Source of the DNA: Tubiluchus corallicola
Taxonomy: Eukaryota > Animalia > Priapulida
Assembly: GCA_030141605.1 (NCBI GenBank)
Contig: JAQGDQ010000044.1
Coordinates: 248,001-312,000, forward strand
DNA: 64,000 bases
Direction: 5' to 3'
The position numbers were made by a program, and so were the translations under genes. This document shows positions 1 through 11,549 of this stretch, piece by piece. The notes below the pieces were generated by a model. The model was not told where the DNA came from. It saw nothing but the letters and a program-made list of their open reading frames with translations, and did no database searches. Within the stretch, counting starts at the first letter, position 1, and each line of letters begins with the position of its first letter.

Positions 1-123
1 CTAAAGTTGAGCAGTGCCAAACTTGGTTAATAAATTAATGGGTGAATTTTGAAGTTTAGCCTTTTAACTGCATGATTATGGCCCAATTCGGTACTTATGT
101 GATATCATCTTTGTATTTTACAG

Positions 124-3100
124 AAATGCTAGATAAGACCGTCGAGCTTGTCAACAATCCTAGTTTGTTTGCCGAAGAGTTGGGCATGTTTCTGAGCAGT
201 CAACAACGAGGCAGCGACCCCAATATTTACACTGGTGACTTTCAGGTCAACATGGGCACGCTCAGTCCCGAATATGTTGAGCTGGCGTCCGGTGACAACG
301 TCCTACTAGCCAGTAATGTAACGAGTCCTTCTTCAGCCAATTTCTCCACCACATCTCCTCAGAACGTGCCTTCCTGCTCAAATACTAGTCAAGGTTTCGT
401 AAGCATTGATGATTACAATGCCATCGTCGGGATGCCATACTCGCAGTCATCGGTTCAACAGTTTCCGATGGACAGTACACCTTCATACAGCAACATACAA
501 CTCGACAGCTCAAAATACGTACCCGGTACAATGCTGCAAGCAGATCAGCAGTATGGTATGACCCCCGTGCGAACATCGCCGATCTTGCCCACATCGCAAC
601 AGGGAATAACTGTGCAGACTGGTAGGACGACGTCCGTGACATCATTGGCTCGCGAGAATGATATCACACCCACGTCTTTAGTTATGACTTCGGCACAAAT
701 GCCATCTCAGCAGAATCAGGTAATCTGACTTGTTTTCTAGTATTTGTTCAAAGTGTGATGAAACATGATCCAAGTTTCATCATTTTCCTTAAGTGAGAGT
801 TCATCATATTTTCACTATCTAGATAAGTTTTGTAAGTGCGTAAGTCCTTAAAGTTAGTTGTTTCTCAGAAACAGCTGATAAATTGTCGAAGATACAGCGT
901 ATCTTGGCACATTGTATATATGCAGAATATTTTATTGTTTATATTTTTTGTTTAATTTATTTTTGCGACGTTTTTTGGAATAAGATGAATATTTGATTTT
1001 TATTTTATTACATAAAATCATAACACTATGTCCATTGTGACCCAAGTGAGATTAGTAATTACCCAACAAACTGTTATTATAAATTAAAAAACTAATAAAG
1101 TGTCATTAGTTTCCATTATGTTCTGTGACTGTGGCTAATGATTCTATGCATTTCCACATTTCCTTGCATTTCTGTGTTTTTTCTACGCGCTTGTATCCTT
1201 TTTAGAGCAATGTCTTTTTATTAGTAGTATAATTAAAGACTCCCCCAAAAAATTACTTCTAGTGTTTCCATATTTTTTCTTTTCATCCTTTTTTCCTTCA
1301 CCCGAAGAACTGCAGTTATAGTTGAAAAGTTGTTTTTCTTTCTCTTTCTCCTCTTTTTTAATTTAAGGAATTTTTTATCCCTTAATATTTGACATCTTTT
1401 TTCTTAACAAATATTCTTAGTTCTTTAAATAGTTTGTTCTTTCAAGGCCATTATTATCATGCCGAACACATATGCACCGAAGCCAGTCGAGTCCTTTGCC
1501 ATACCGAAGCCATCAAAATCATCACGACAGCCAAAGAAGATTGCACCAGCACCAGCCGCACAGCCATCGGTCCCAACCACATCGTTATTGGCAATGAACG
1601 TGTTGCCGCAGCAGCAACCGCCGGTGACTTTGCAAACTTTGCTGTCTGCAGGAACTTCTAAACCTGGTAGGTAAAATGTTATCAGTGTGCCCGGCAAGTT
1701 ATGCAATTCGGTCATTTGTGTTAAGTGGGAGTGCAGTTTTTCAAATGTGATTACTTTTCTTGGTGAGATTGAATGAACTTTTCAGCAACATCATTGTATG
1801 CAGTAAAGAACCAAACTTTAGAACAAATTTTGCATGCATTTCGTATTGCCAATAATCCACGTATACTGTTAGTAATACTGTTCACATCTACTTCACTGAT
1901 TTTAAGTATCTTGAAATTAAGATTCTAAATAATTAGGTACCACGTATTATAGTAGGCTTTAAATTTACTAGAAAAAATAATTTAGTTATCCTGCAAATTA
2001 GATTCTACCCACCCAAGAGTATAACATCTCATGAGCAAAAAGACTTAGTGACCTACCCTAGGGGTCTTGGCAGTGGATTTGTAATGCTAAGGTGCCTGGT
2101 TCAAACCCAGATTTGGGGCCATTTCCTTTTCTGTCACATTATTTATTTGTGTAAAAAAAATTCAGTAATTCCCTAGTTCTTTTTTAATATAAACATATTA
2201 TAACTGTGGCTTCCTAAGTGATGGAAGTACATTTGTGCAGACTCGTACTTGTGCAACATACGTCCAGACAAAATTCAGATCACTAAGTGTAATTTGCTGA
2301 AGCTGATAGTTTGTTACTAAAGCCTAGCTGTTGTATTGAAATGAAAATAAATTGGGAATTTGAAAAAATATATATTGTAAAAATCACGAATTGTTGTGTT
2401 TAAAAATACAGAATTTTACATTATAATGTTTTTTATTATTTCACTGAATAATACTATTATTTCAAGTATCAATTTATTCATCATAATTATTAAAGAGATT
2501 TATGCATTTTAGCACCACAGCCGAAGATTATAACACAGGATACATCTGAGCAGTCATACTCCATGGATTCAATGCAACAAGTATGTCTAATGTTGTATAA
2601 AGATACTCATGGACTAGCTTTTGCTATTACATTATTAACTTTAGTAGGTGGCGATAATGTTGCTATAATGACATCTATTGGCTAGAAAGCAGAATCCTTA
2701 CAGACGAATGTCCTTGTTTAAGGCACTATAAATGCTCTGTGTTATATTAATTCTGTTCTACGCTTTGCTTTGCGTTTTGTTTTGAGTAACTCCTTTGGTT
2801 ACTGTTTTTTAAACCTTTTCTTTTTCTGTCAGCAGGGTGTGCTCCAGCAGTTATTACTTACACAGCAGCCGACTCAGCATGCTTCGAATGTTGCTGAACT
2901 TGATGAAAATTTGACCAGGCCAGTGCAGAATAACACAGATGGTAAGATTAATTCAAACTTCATTTTTAATTTTTTTTAAAAAAAATCTCAAAAATAATAT
3001 TTTTGTTGAGTGAATACCTGCAATAGCATTCCAAAAATCCATCAAAATGTTGGGTTGATAACCCACATACTGGCTATCATGATTTCTGCAAATTCAAGGT

Positions 3101-6100
3101 TAAAAGTCAAAGTTCAACATCATCATTCAAGGTCACTTCTAGGTCACTGAAAACATAATAATGTTTATTGCCATCCTCTAACCACAGATACTACATTTAG
3201 TCCAGTTTGTGAGCTGTAACACACAGTTAACAATCATCACTAAAGTTGCGAAATAGAATTAATATTGGTCGTAATTGTTTGTATTGCTAAGTTTAGAAAA
3301 CTGTTAAAGAGGTTTTTCCTAAATTTTGACATGCAGAAGGTTATCTAATTTCTTTATTTGCTGTAATGTAATTATTAAAAGTAACTGAGTTATTTTTGAA
3401 TGCCAAACCACTTCTAGGCAACACTAGACAGAATGCGTTATGAGTGCAAAAATAAATAGTCTGAAAGATAAATTTTTTTCAGTTTCTCAAGGTTTAAAGC
3501 CATTGATTATGTCTCCGATTTATTTGTTGAATAACTTTCACTGAAAGATGAACTCTAATTGTAATTAAGTTTACCACAAGTAGTCCTTGACTTATGACCT
3601 ATGCGACTTACGACTGCTAGACTTAATACCCTGAGCGCAATTTACCTATTTAATTATACAAAACCAATTATAACTCACATTTCCTTCTATTTTTTAAGCA
3701 AATTAACTTTGAATTAACTGTTTTATAAATTCATCGTAGACACTGCTATACTTAGTGGCCGTGCACACCCAGCGTGTTGAGTGTAAGGGTGCACCACTTT
3801 AACGTACGGGACCGACTTGCATCCAATTTGTCTTGCGACCAGTCTACCAGAACGTATTGTGGTTATAAGTCATCGACTACCTGTAGTACCTGTTTTGCTG
3901 TTGTTTCTCTTACTTTTACCCTGAGTGTTTCTTGGTGCAGTTGCTTATAAATCCAGTTCTTCACTCGGGCTTCATATCTGTGGAATTCTGTACCTGCTAA
4001 TTATTTTCTTGTTAAATACATAGTCTGCTTCAAGAAGAGTTAACAGATACCATTACCTGATATCACCAGCAAATTAGTTGTAAGAATTATAATTTTCTGG
4101 ACTTACATTCAGATTTCCATCCTTTTACTGTAGTCACTTGGGTCCTCAGGTGGCAACTTGCCGTTTTTGAGTGATTCTTATCAAAAAAGTGCATACAAAT
4201 ACTTTTTGACAGGCTTTGAGTTGTGCCCACTTTATTAAATTTGTGTAATTGTCTTTATATTTCCATTTAATCATGTTGTCGACATCTATTCTCATCCTCA
4301 CTTGCTTGTTCACTTCCTCTCCTTTCATTGTTTAAATGTACATATTACTCTAAATTTCACAGTCAAGGCATTTTTACAAACTTGGCTTCCTTAATGCCCT
4401 GCAACACAGATCATTAATCTAGTTACTTATTTAGTATATTTCAAAATTTGCTTCTTATTGGGTATTTTACTTTTTGTTAACTATAGAACTGTTGAAATTT
4501 CTGTGTTTTTTAATGTATGAGTTGCATTCGTGTTGATGCGAAATGGACAATCTTAAATCTTGAACCAGTGAGGTTTTGTTCTATGTTTTGCTCGAATATG
4601 TTGAATCCATTTTTCGCTTTGATTTATTTCATTTAGTCAGTCTACAAACAACAAAGAAGGAAGCTCTAAAACAGGAAACAGCACTGTCGGCAGCTGCTTC
4701 GCCTAATTCTCCATGGCAACAAATGAGTCCTGAGCCTCCTGTGGTAAAGAATTTTGCTTGTTTAATTAGTTTCTTGTTTATTTGTGGTGTGACTGACAGT
4801 TTCAGTGCCAGTGATCCTAATTTGAGGATTTCTAAATAAAATGGCGTATAATTTTTAAATCGGCTCCAAAATGGATGATTAGTTGTTACATTGAGGGTCT
4901 TGTAAACTGCGTGAAAGTGTATTTTATTTGTTGTTATTTGGAGTTTTTCTACTAGTCTTCATTATTTGTTATTATAGACAACACCGCAAGGCAAAACTCT
5001 GAGGCTTAAAACGAAAGAGGAAAGGAAATATTACAACGAGCACCGTCGTGTCTGCCATGTAAAGTCTGAAGTAAAAAGAAGACACAATATTAAAGTAAGA
5101 CTTTTCGTTGCATTTCGTTTTTCTTTTTGTTAAATGGCCGGATCAGAACTTGTGTAATTTCTTTTCTGCTGCATGTCGTATTGTTGCTTTATGGTTGTCG
5201 TCGGACTGTCAAGTATCCAACACGGGAATTAAACGTTTGTAAGAACTTAAAAGCGTGTTTAACAATATATAGTACCATGAAATACTTAATATTCTGATCT
5301 GAGCCAACCTGATTCCTAGTGTGTTTTTCCACTATATAGTTCTTAAAGGCCTATATAACCTCACCAGACATTGAAGTATTTTAATGCATTATTATGATGA
5401 CTTAAAGAAGTCATAGTTATTCTTACTCAATTATTTTTTTCTGGCTCATTTCTAATTGCTGTATTGCCATAAAGGTTGCCATGTTTTGCATACGTAGCAC
5501 GACGTGTATGACGCACGTAGTACAGAATGCCTCTTTGGTTACCTATGTTTGTTTACCGATCTTTGGTGACCTCGTGACTGTACTCATTAATACGTATAAG
5601 TAATGATGAAAACTATCATTCAGTTTCATTCGTCTCGTGCATTGAAAAATGACGGTTCTTCGAATTTAATACCACCAACAACGAAGTGATAAAAATTCAA
5701 AAGAAACAAGTTTTATAGTAAATTGTAATTTAAATTACGGTATAAATTGAATATTCGTAATGAGAGTAGGATTTTAGGCTGTAGAAACTTATATTATAGT
5801 GGGGGTTTAGTTTGACTTCTTTAAGTTGTTAATCAATAGATGTACTAAATACGACATCGCACTATATTCTTCTATCTATTTTTCTACACTGTTCAAACAA
5901 ATCTAAGCAGTGCACTAATATTCTCTCTTTGCATACTTTTCAGCTTAGTTTTGACACACTTCATGAGCTTCTACCGTCACTTAGTAAACAAGGAGGCACT
6001 CCTGCCAAGTTTAGCAAGGCCGTCATTTTGCAAAAAAGTAAGATTGTTTTTTTACCTTACTGTACTGCCTTATAAATAAAAGCTAGCAAAGTACAGTCGA

Positions 6101-9100
6101 ATCCTGGTAATACGATTCGGCTATTAACAAAACTCTCTGTAGTATGGCAATCTTTTATGTCCCTGCCAAGCTTATGGTAAAGCCTATTTGATCACGTATG
6201 GTTAATACGAAACTTGTTACTACGAAACCCCAGTTTGTATGATATTTTCCCAAAGTCCCGCCAGTATAGTTTTAAGTAAATAAACACTTTTAATATGATT
6301 TTTGCTGTGTCTCCCAAAGTCTAGACACTAGATATTCTTCACCTACTGTCACAGTTACCACAGCAATGCTTTTCACAACATCATGCGTCATAATCCAATG
6401 CACGTACGCATGCAGACGCAACATTTTGTCATAGTTTAGTTTAAACTTTAAAGGTGGGTTAAATTAGTAAATATGTGCAGCTACACATTCACCATTCAGT
6501 GCAAAGTTTAATTGACTTCATTACAAATTTTGCTAGTAAGTACACAAAACAGAGTAAAATTACTGATTTGTTCAAGTAGTAAAATGTGAGTTAATTACAG
6601 CACATTTTTATTTTGATGGATTTTTCCAGGTTAGCATTTTTTATAATTTACGATTTAAAAATCAATAATTAAAATGAGTGTACAAACAAACTGCCTGCAG
6701 TCAAATTGCTGATTTGCAAAACGCTTCCCAGTGCGATAAAAATCTGCCCTGACAGTTTAAAATGGCCTTACACGTACTTGCTACTGCATGGCTTACCATC
6801 CCTAAACATCTAGGCCTCGCACATATCCAGTTGTAGTATCATTAGTAGCGGCTCTAGTAAAGTTTTGTTGCACAGGTGGGCCTTTTACACTGTGATGTGT
6901 GACAGTCAAGACTGTACATTCCACAGACTCTCTGGTACTGCTAACCCTTTGATTACAGACTGTCTTTAGAGTAACCAGAGCAACTAATGGCAACACGTTA
7001 ATATAATTTTGCAGTTTGTACTTAAGTAAACCGATTTATAGACTACACGTCATAAGAAGATGCTATTTTACGTTAGAAGTAAAAATCCGTGTAATGGATA
7101 ACACAAAACCCACTTAATATGAAAAATATTTGGTACCTTGAAAATTGCATTATCGGGTTTTGACTGTACCTGAGAGATTTTCTTTATGTAACAGACATTT
7201 TCCTGCTATTAGCATATTCTCAATGTAAATGATAATTACTATCCTGAAAATGAACAAAGTAAATAAATAAATAAACTAAATAAAAAAATAAATAAACTTC
7301 AAAATGAACTGGCCGCTGAAAATACCACACTGAATGAACTACAGGTGTGCAGTAAATCAACAAATAAATGAACTAAACAAAAAATAAATAAACTTTCAAA
7401 ATTCACGAAACACATTCCATGGCAACACCAAGAGGTTTTCTATCCAGGTACAGTCAAACTTCTCTATAATGCCCACTTTGGGACAGGAAAAAAGTTGGTG
7501 TTATAACGAGATACGTTAAAATTTGATGTAGATGAACAACAATACAGCCTTGCAAGTGTACACAGGTTAGAGTCCTGTTTTTGCACTCTAAAGGTTAATA
7601 AATTGAAACAAATTTATTGGATTAATCATTTATGAATCAATTCAAAATCAATCAGCCTTATCAAAAACATTTTGTTTGCATAATAAATGTGTCTTGTACT
7701 CAACTATATACCTGTAACATGCTGGAGGCTTAGTGCTTTACTAATCGTGTATATTTTAAAAAAAGTTAAGTCATAACTACATATATGCGAACTAGCAAAT
7801 ATCACATTTCTTGTTTTGAAAAAAGAACTACATGTTTTCTTTTCAGTTCCTATTATGACTGTCAGTTCTTATTATGACTATTATTACGCACTGACAATAA
7901 TATCAGAGCTATCAGTCCTTTACTATTGCTTGTGCAGTGTGGACGTAGCAGTGAAATGAAAACGTGTTCTGCTTGAACACTTTTTAAGCAATTTCAGTTT
8001 GCAACTTCAAATAAATTGGGCTTAGAACCAGCACTCGCAGTAAGAAGAGCAAGAACAGAGTGATTTTTAGAACTGCAACTTGTTGGTTGTCGACAATAAG
8101 CTTTTTCGCAGTTCCCGCGATTGATGGTGATCGTGAAAAGGTCAAAGGTCAACTAAACCAAAAAGCCATTTGTTTAGACTTGACAATGTCTTGCAGCCCA
8201 CGCTATTGTAATAGTAACAGTTCTTGGCTTTAGTTATCACATTTTATGTGGATTGCTGCAGCTATTTTGCTAGCTGTTTCCGGCTAATGATAATTGTACA
8301 AGTGTAATATAATAATAAAAATAACCATGTGTTTCACCTACATGCAGTTACATACGTATGATATGCTGGGTTTACTTAACCTTTGATCTGCAGCAACTAC
8401 ATGTGCACATAGTGAAACTGTGAAAACGCTTAATGTGATGAATTATATTCCAGTTGACCATTTTTTCATTTATTATATCAGCCACTGATTGGTGTTGCAT
8501 TAATCAAAACTAATTATCAGTTTTGTTGATGTATCTTCTCGTTTTTTCTTTTTCGTACAGCTGTTGACTATATCAGGCAACTGAAATCGTCACGGCAACA
8601 AATGCAGGATGAGGCAGAAAAGTTGTCTCAAAAGAAGCAAGATCTTGAAGACGAGATTGGGTAGAAAGAGAGTTCTTTAGCTTTTCCATTAATATTTCAT
8701 TAGAAAATAATAGAAAAAATGTTTACTAGATGTCTCTAATGTCAAAAGGTTTTTTGGAAGCATAAACAATCTGCCTCTTTAGATGGGTGAGGCAAGATTG
8801 GCCATAAGAACAGTTAAAACGATAAAATGTAATTGTGATTCTTAATTAAAATCTTGCCATGTGTCTTGTTACTAATTTCTCATGCTGAAAATTTATAATA
8901 ATTCTTGACAGTTAACATCCCACATTGTTAGCAACTCGTGATGAGTCAGTTACATTACGGCAATGGTTATTTGTGTGTGGCTACTTACCATCATGTATAA
9001 TTGTCTAATGCTACCCCCTTGTTCTTACAGTAACCTACAGATGCAGTTACCCGCTACTGGTGTTCCTGTACCCCGGCAAAAAACTGATAAGATGTGGGAG

Positions 9101-10918
9101 ATGTATGAGGAACTTGTCCGACTCAGAACACTGCAGAATTGGAAATTCTGGATTGTATCTTTTGAGCTCACTATTTTGATTTCTTAAATGCTTCTGTTTT
9201 TTACCATTGGCAAGTTTTTTATGCTTAAAAATTAAGGGTTAGTTTAGTTTATTCCATTTGCTATGACAAAATGATACAAAAATGTGATGAAGATGCATAA
9301 TACCAAATTAAAAGAAAACAATCACGTAAATAATAAAGTTGATTAGTAAATTATTGTATCTCTCCAAGAAGAAATCTTGTAAAGGTCAGGCCAAAGAAAA
9401 AGTTGCCAGACTTTTGACTTTTCACCCAGATTTCTGGCAAAATAGTGGCATCAGTTACCTACCATTAGCTAACAAAAGTGTTAGTCTTAGTAGTAAATTA
9501 TTAGTTTGTTGTGCACCATATCATTGTTAATATGCGTTCGAAGCATAGCACAGCAGTAGTAATGCAACAGTAGATATTTTCAGTATATTCAGACATGTAT
9601 GCAACATTATAGTAGAATATCATGTTAGTTTATGGCAGAGAAAGGGCAGTAGCAAACATCTACTATGAACCAAGTCATTTCTGCTATGATTTCAGAAAGT
9701 GGAAGCGTTCTTTTGTTTTATTGTGTAAATCAATTAGATTTTTCTGATTATGTTGTTTTTGAGTTTCCACAATTTTTTTTAAACATTTGCTGTCTAGGCC
9801 AGGTTCAAGTCATATGCCACCAACATTTCACGCACATTTTCCTTGACTTGTAGTTTGCAGTTTAATGTCATAATCCAGCCATTATTTAAAAGTTACAATA
9901 ACTCTATATTGACATCTTCGGTTGATGAATTAAATAGGACTGTGATGCTGTGGCTGGATCAGCAATGCTCATTAGTGGCTCTGAGACCAAGTAAGACCAT
10001 TATTTTTGTTGTCTTACATACTTAGTACAGTTTTACTGAGTTGTGCAATCTGATCTTTGTAGTATAAAAAGTAGTTTTTGTGTAATAAAAAGTAATTTGT
10101 AGTATAAAAATTAAGCTGTAGTTCGGTTTAAAAGTACTAGAATTGTCATATAGCGGAAGCTTTAGAAAGTTCTGTTCTCTTCATATCTGATTATTTATAG
10201 GTTTGTTATAAACTTCACTTTCTGATACTAGTGGTGAGCATTCTCTATCAGAAAGCGAATTCGAATCGAATTTTTGACTTTCGAAGTCAAATTGAACCGG
10301 ATTTCCAGATTTCGAATTCGGATTCAGTTCTACAGATTTTTAAATAAATTTTTGAGTCATTAATGAAAAGCAGTCTTGCAGAGGTTATACATCTCTGTAT
10401 AACCTCTGTATTGATTTTGTTCTGCAGTAAAAACACTAATAATTTGTTTAAAAATTGTGCACAGCGGTTACACCTAAAACATACTGATCGCATGATGTTT
10501 CAAACGTTGTGATTGATGATAGTTGAAATGGTGACTTATTTGAATCCATTCTTTTAGGTTCGAATCAAATTCAAATGAAAAAACTTATTTGAATTGAATT
10601 TGAACATTCGATTCTTATACCTACATGAAACCCTAAGTAAATAAACTTTATTGTTAAGATCTATTCTCGATTTATACTAGCATTTTTGGAACCATTAGTG
10701 TAACGTACATAAGCATTTCCACTTACTAAAATATTTAAACTGTGGTAACCATTCTTCTAATGATTACTGTGTTCATCAAAGATTTTTCTTTTCTAACAGG
10801 TGTGATGAATTCGCTACGAGAGTTGAGTACGACAACCACGATTCTGACAGAGCCATCGCTGTTGCCGGAACATGCTCGTCGTGCAGTTCAGGATGACTCG
10901 GAAAAAATGGCTCAATAA
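124..10918 (+). CDS. MLXIP: Mondo family (MondoA/MLXIP-ChREBP/MLXIPL ortholog) bHLH-ZIP transcription factor, 5'-partial, 11 exons in window
   Basis: Phase-consistent exons: 124-719, 1447-1666, 2513-2580, 2833-2941, 4637-4743, 4978-5094, 5944-6037, 8561-8660, 9031-9154, 9861-9990, 10800-10918 (TAA). They encode the bHLH (EHRRVCHVKSEVKRRHNIK|LSFDTLHELLPSL...SKAVILQKTVDYI), a zipper, and the Mondo/Mlx C-terminal domain (QLPATGVP...RTLQNWKFWI|FNVIIQPLFKSYN...WLDQQCSLVALRPSVMNSLRELSTTTTILTEPSLLPEHA). Also FAIPK and LxxLL (LQTLL, LQQLL) motifs. Confidence 0.92.
2040..2125 (+). mobile_element. Degenerate tRNA-derived SINE head / tRNA-like remnant
   Basis: GGCAGTGGATTTGTAATGCTAAGGTGCCTGGTTCAAACCCAG shows an anticodon-loop-like segment and a B-box/T-arm (CTGGTTCAAACCCAG). 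No intact cloverleaf. Confidence 0.35.
3900..4065 (+). mobile_element. 3' fragment of a non-LTR retrotransposon (CR1/Jockey-like ORF2 end)
   Basis: Translates QFFTRASYLWNSVPANYF, resembling the FF.R...LWN.LP motif at the end of LINE ORF2. Confidence 0.45.
6094..7166. mobile_element. Non-autonomous Tc1/mariner (pogo/Tigger-like) DNA transposon
   Basis: TA-CAGTCGAATCCTGGTAATAC ... GCATTATCGGGTTTTGACTG-TA: imperfect TIRs with a TA target duplication on both sides. Confidence 0.65.
7451..7520. mobile_element. pogo/Tigger-like MITE end fragment
   Basis: TA-CAGTCAAACTTCTCTATAATGCC...AAAAAAGTTGGTGTTATAACGAG resembles the copies at 15008 and 57747. Confidence 0.5.
8100..8435 (+). repeat. Dispersed repeat; inverted copy at ~51560-51966
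   Basis: Blocks GTGATCGTGAAAAGGTCAAAG, TAGTAACAGTTCTT, TAAAAATAACCATGTGTTTCACC and CTACATGCAGTTAC match the reverse complement of the 51.6-52.0 kb segment. Confidence 0.7.
9155..9860 (+). other. U12-type (minor spliceosome) GT-AG intron in the Mondo gene
   Basis: Donor GTATCTTTT at 9155. Branch sequence TTTTCCTTGAC at 9837-9847, with the branch A (9846) 14 nt from the 3' end. No polypyrimidine tract. Splicing joins WI|FN in frame. Confidence 0.85.
10229..10623 (+). mobile_element. hAT-like MITE rich in TTCGAA subterminal repeats; second copy at 39796-40172
   Basis: TAG(T/G)GGTG start and many TTCGAA/TCGAAT motifs. Colinear with 39796-40172 (AAATAAATTTT.GA.TCATTAA, AAAAGCAGTCT, TTGATTTT.TTCTGCA, GAATCAAATTCAAA). 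Confidence 0.65.
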
Positions 10919-11379
10919 ATTTACAAAGGAAGTTTGCACGCATCACAGTACTTCTCTAAGGACGGTCTTCCTGCACAGTGATGTAAATTTGATGTTGTGT
11001 TGTTAAATAATGTGTCCTCAGAATTATTAACATTGGAATCGGTAGATGCTTCTGAGACTTAACATTTTCGCTAAGGCGTGTTTGAAAATGATTTACCAAA
11101 CTGAGTTGAGAACTGTGTTGATAAGTCGATAAGTAATGTTTGTGGGCAGACATTTACCAAGGACTCAGTCCTTATGATACACATACGATATGCAGTTAGT
11201 TACTAGCTTAGTTGACAAAGTTGGTCATGGTTGACCATATGATGCCACCTAGTGCCAAAGTTTGGTGGAGATAGTGGTTTCTCTAAACTTCTTTATCATC
11301 CTACGTTGTCTGTACGTTGGAAACTAATTAGATTAGTGCTGTTTTATTTGTAATTATGTAACATATTGTCGTAAAGAAC

Positions 11380-11549
11380 TTTTTTTGTTCACCCTGTAAA
11401 TTGCCTTTTTGTTCACCCTGTAAATTGCCTTTTTTGTTTATTCTGTAAATTGCCTTTTTTGTTCACCCTGTAAATTGTCTTTTTTGTTCATTCTGTAAAC
11501 TGCTTTTTTATTTGGTCTGTAAATTGCCTTTTTGTTCAGCCTAAAATTG
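11380..11549. repeat. ~25-bp minisatellite, about 7 copies, downstream of the Mondo stop (probable 3' UTR)
   Basis: Tandem TTTTTTGTTCACCCTGTAAATTGCC units. Confidence 0.9.

Noticed and set aside
2040-2125. Functional tRNA-Tyr gene
   Set aside because: Acceptor and D stems do not pair; only T-arm/B-box similarity remains.
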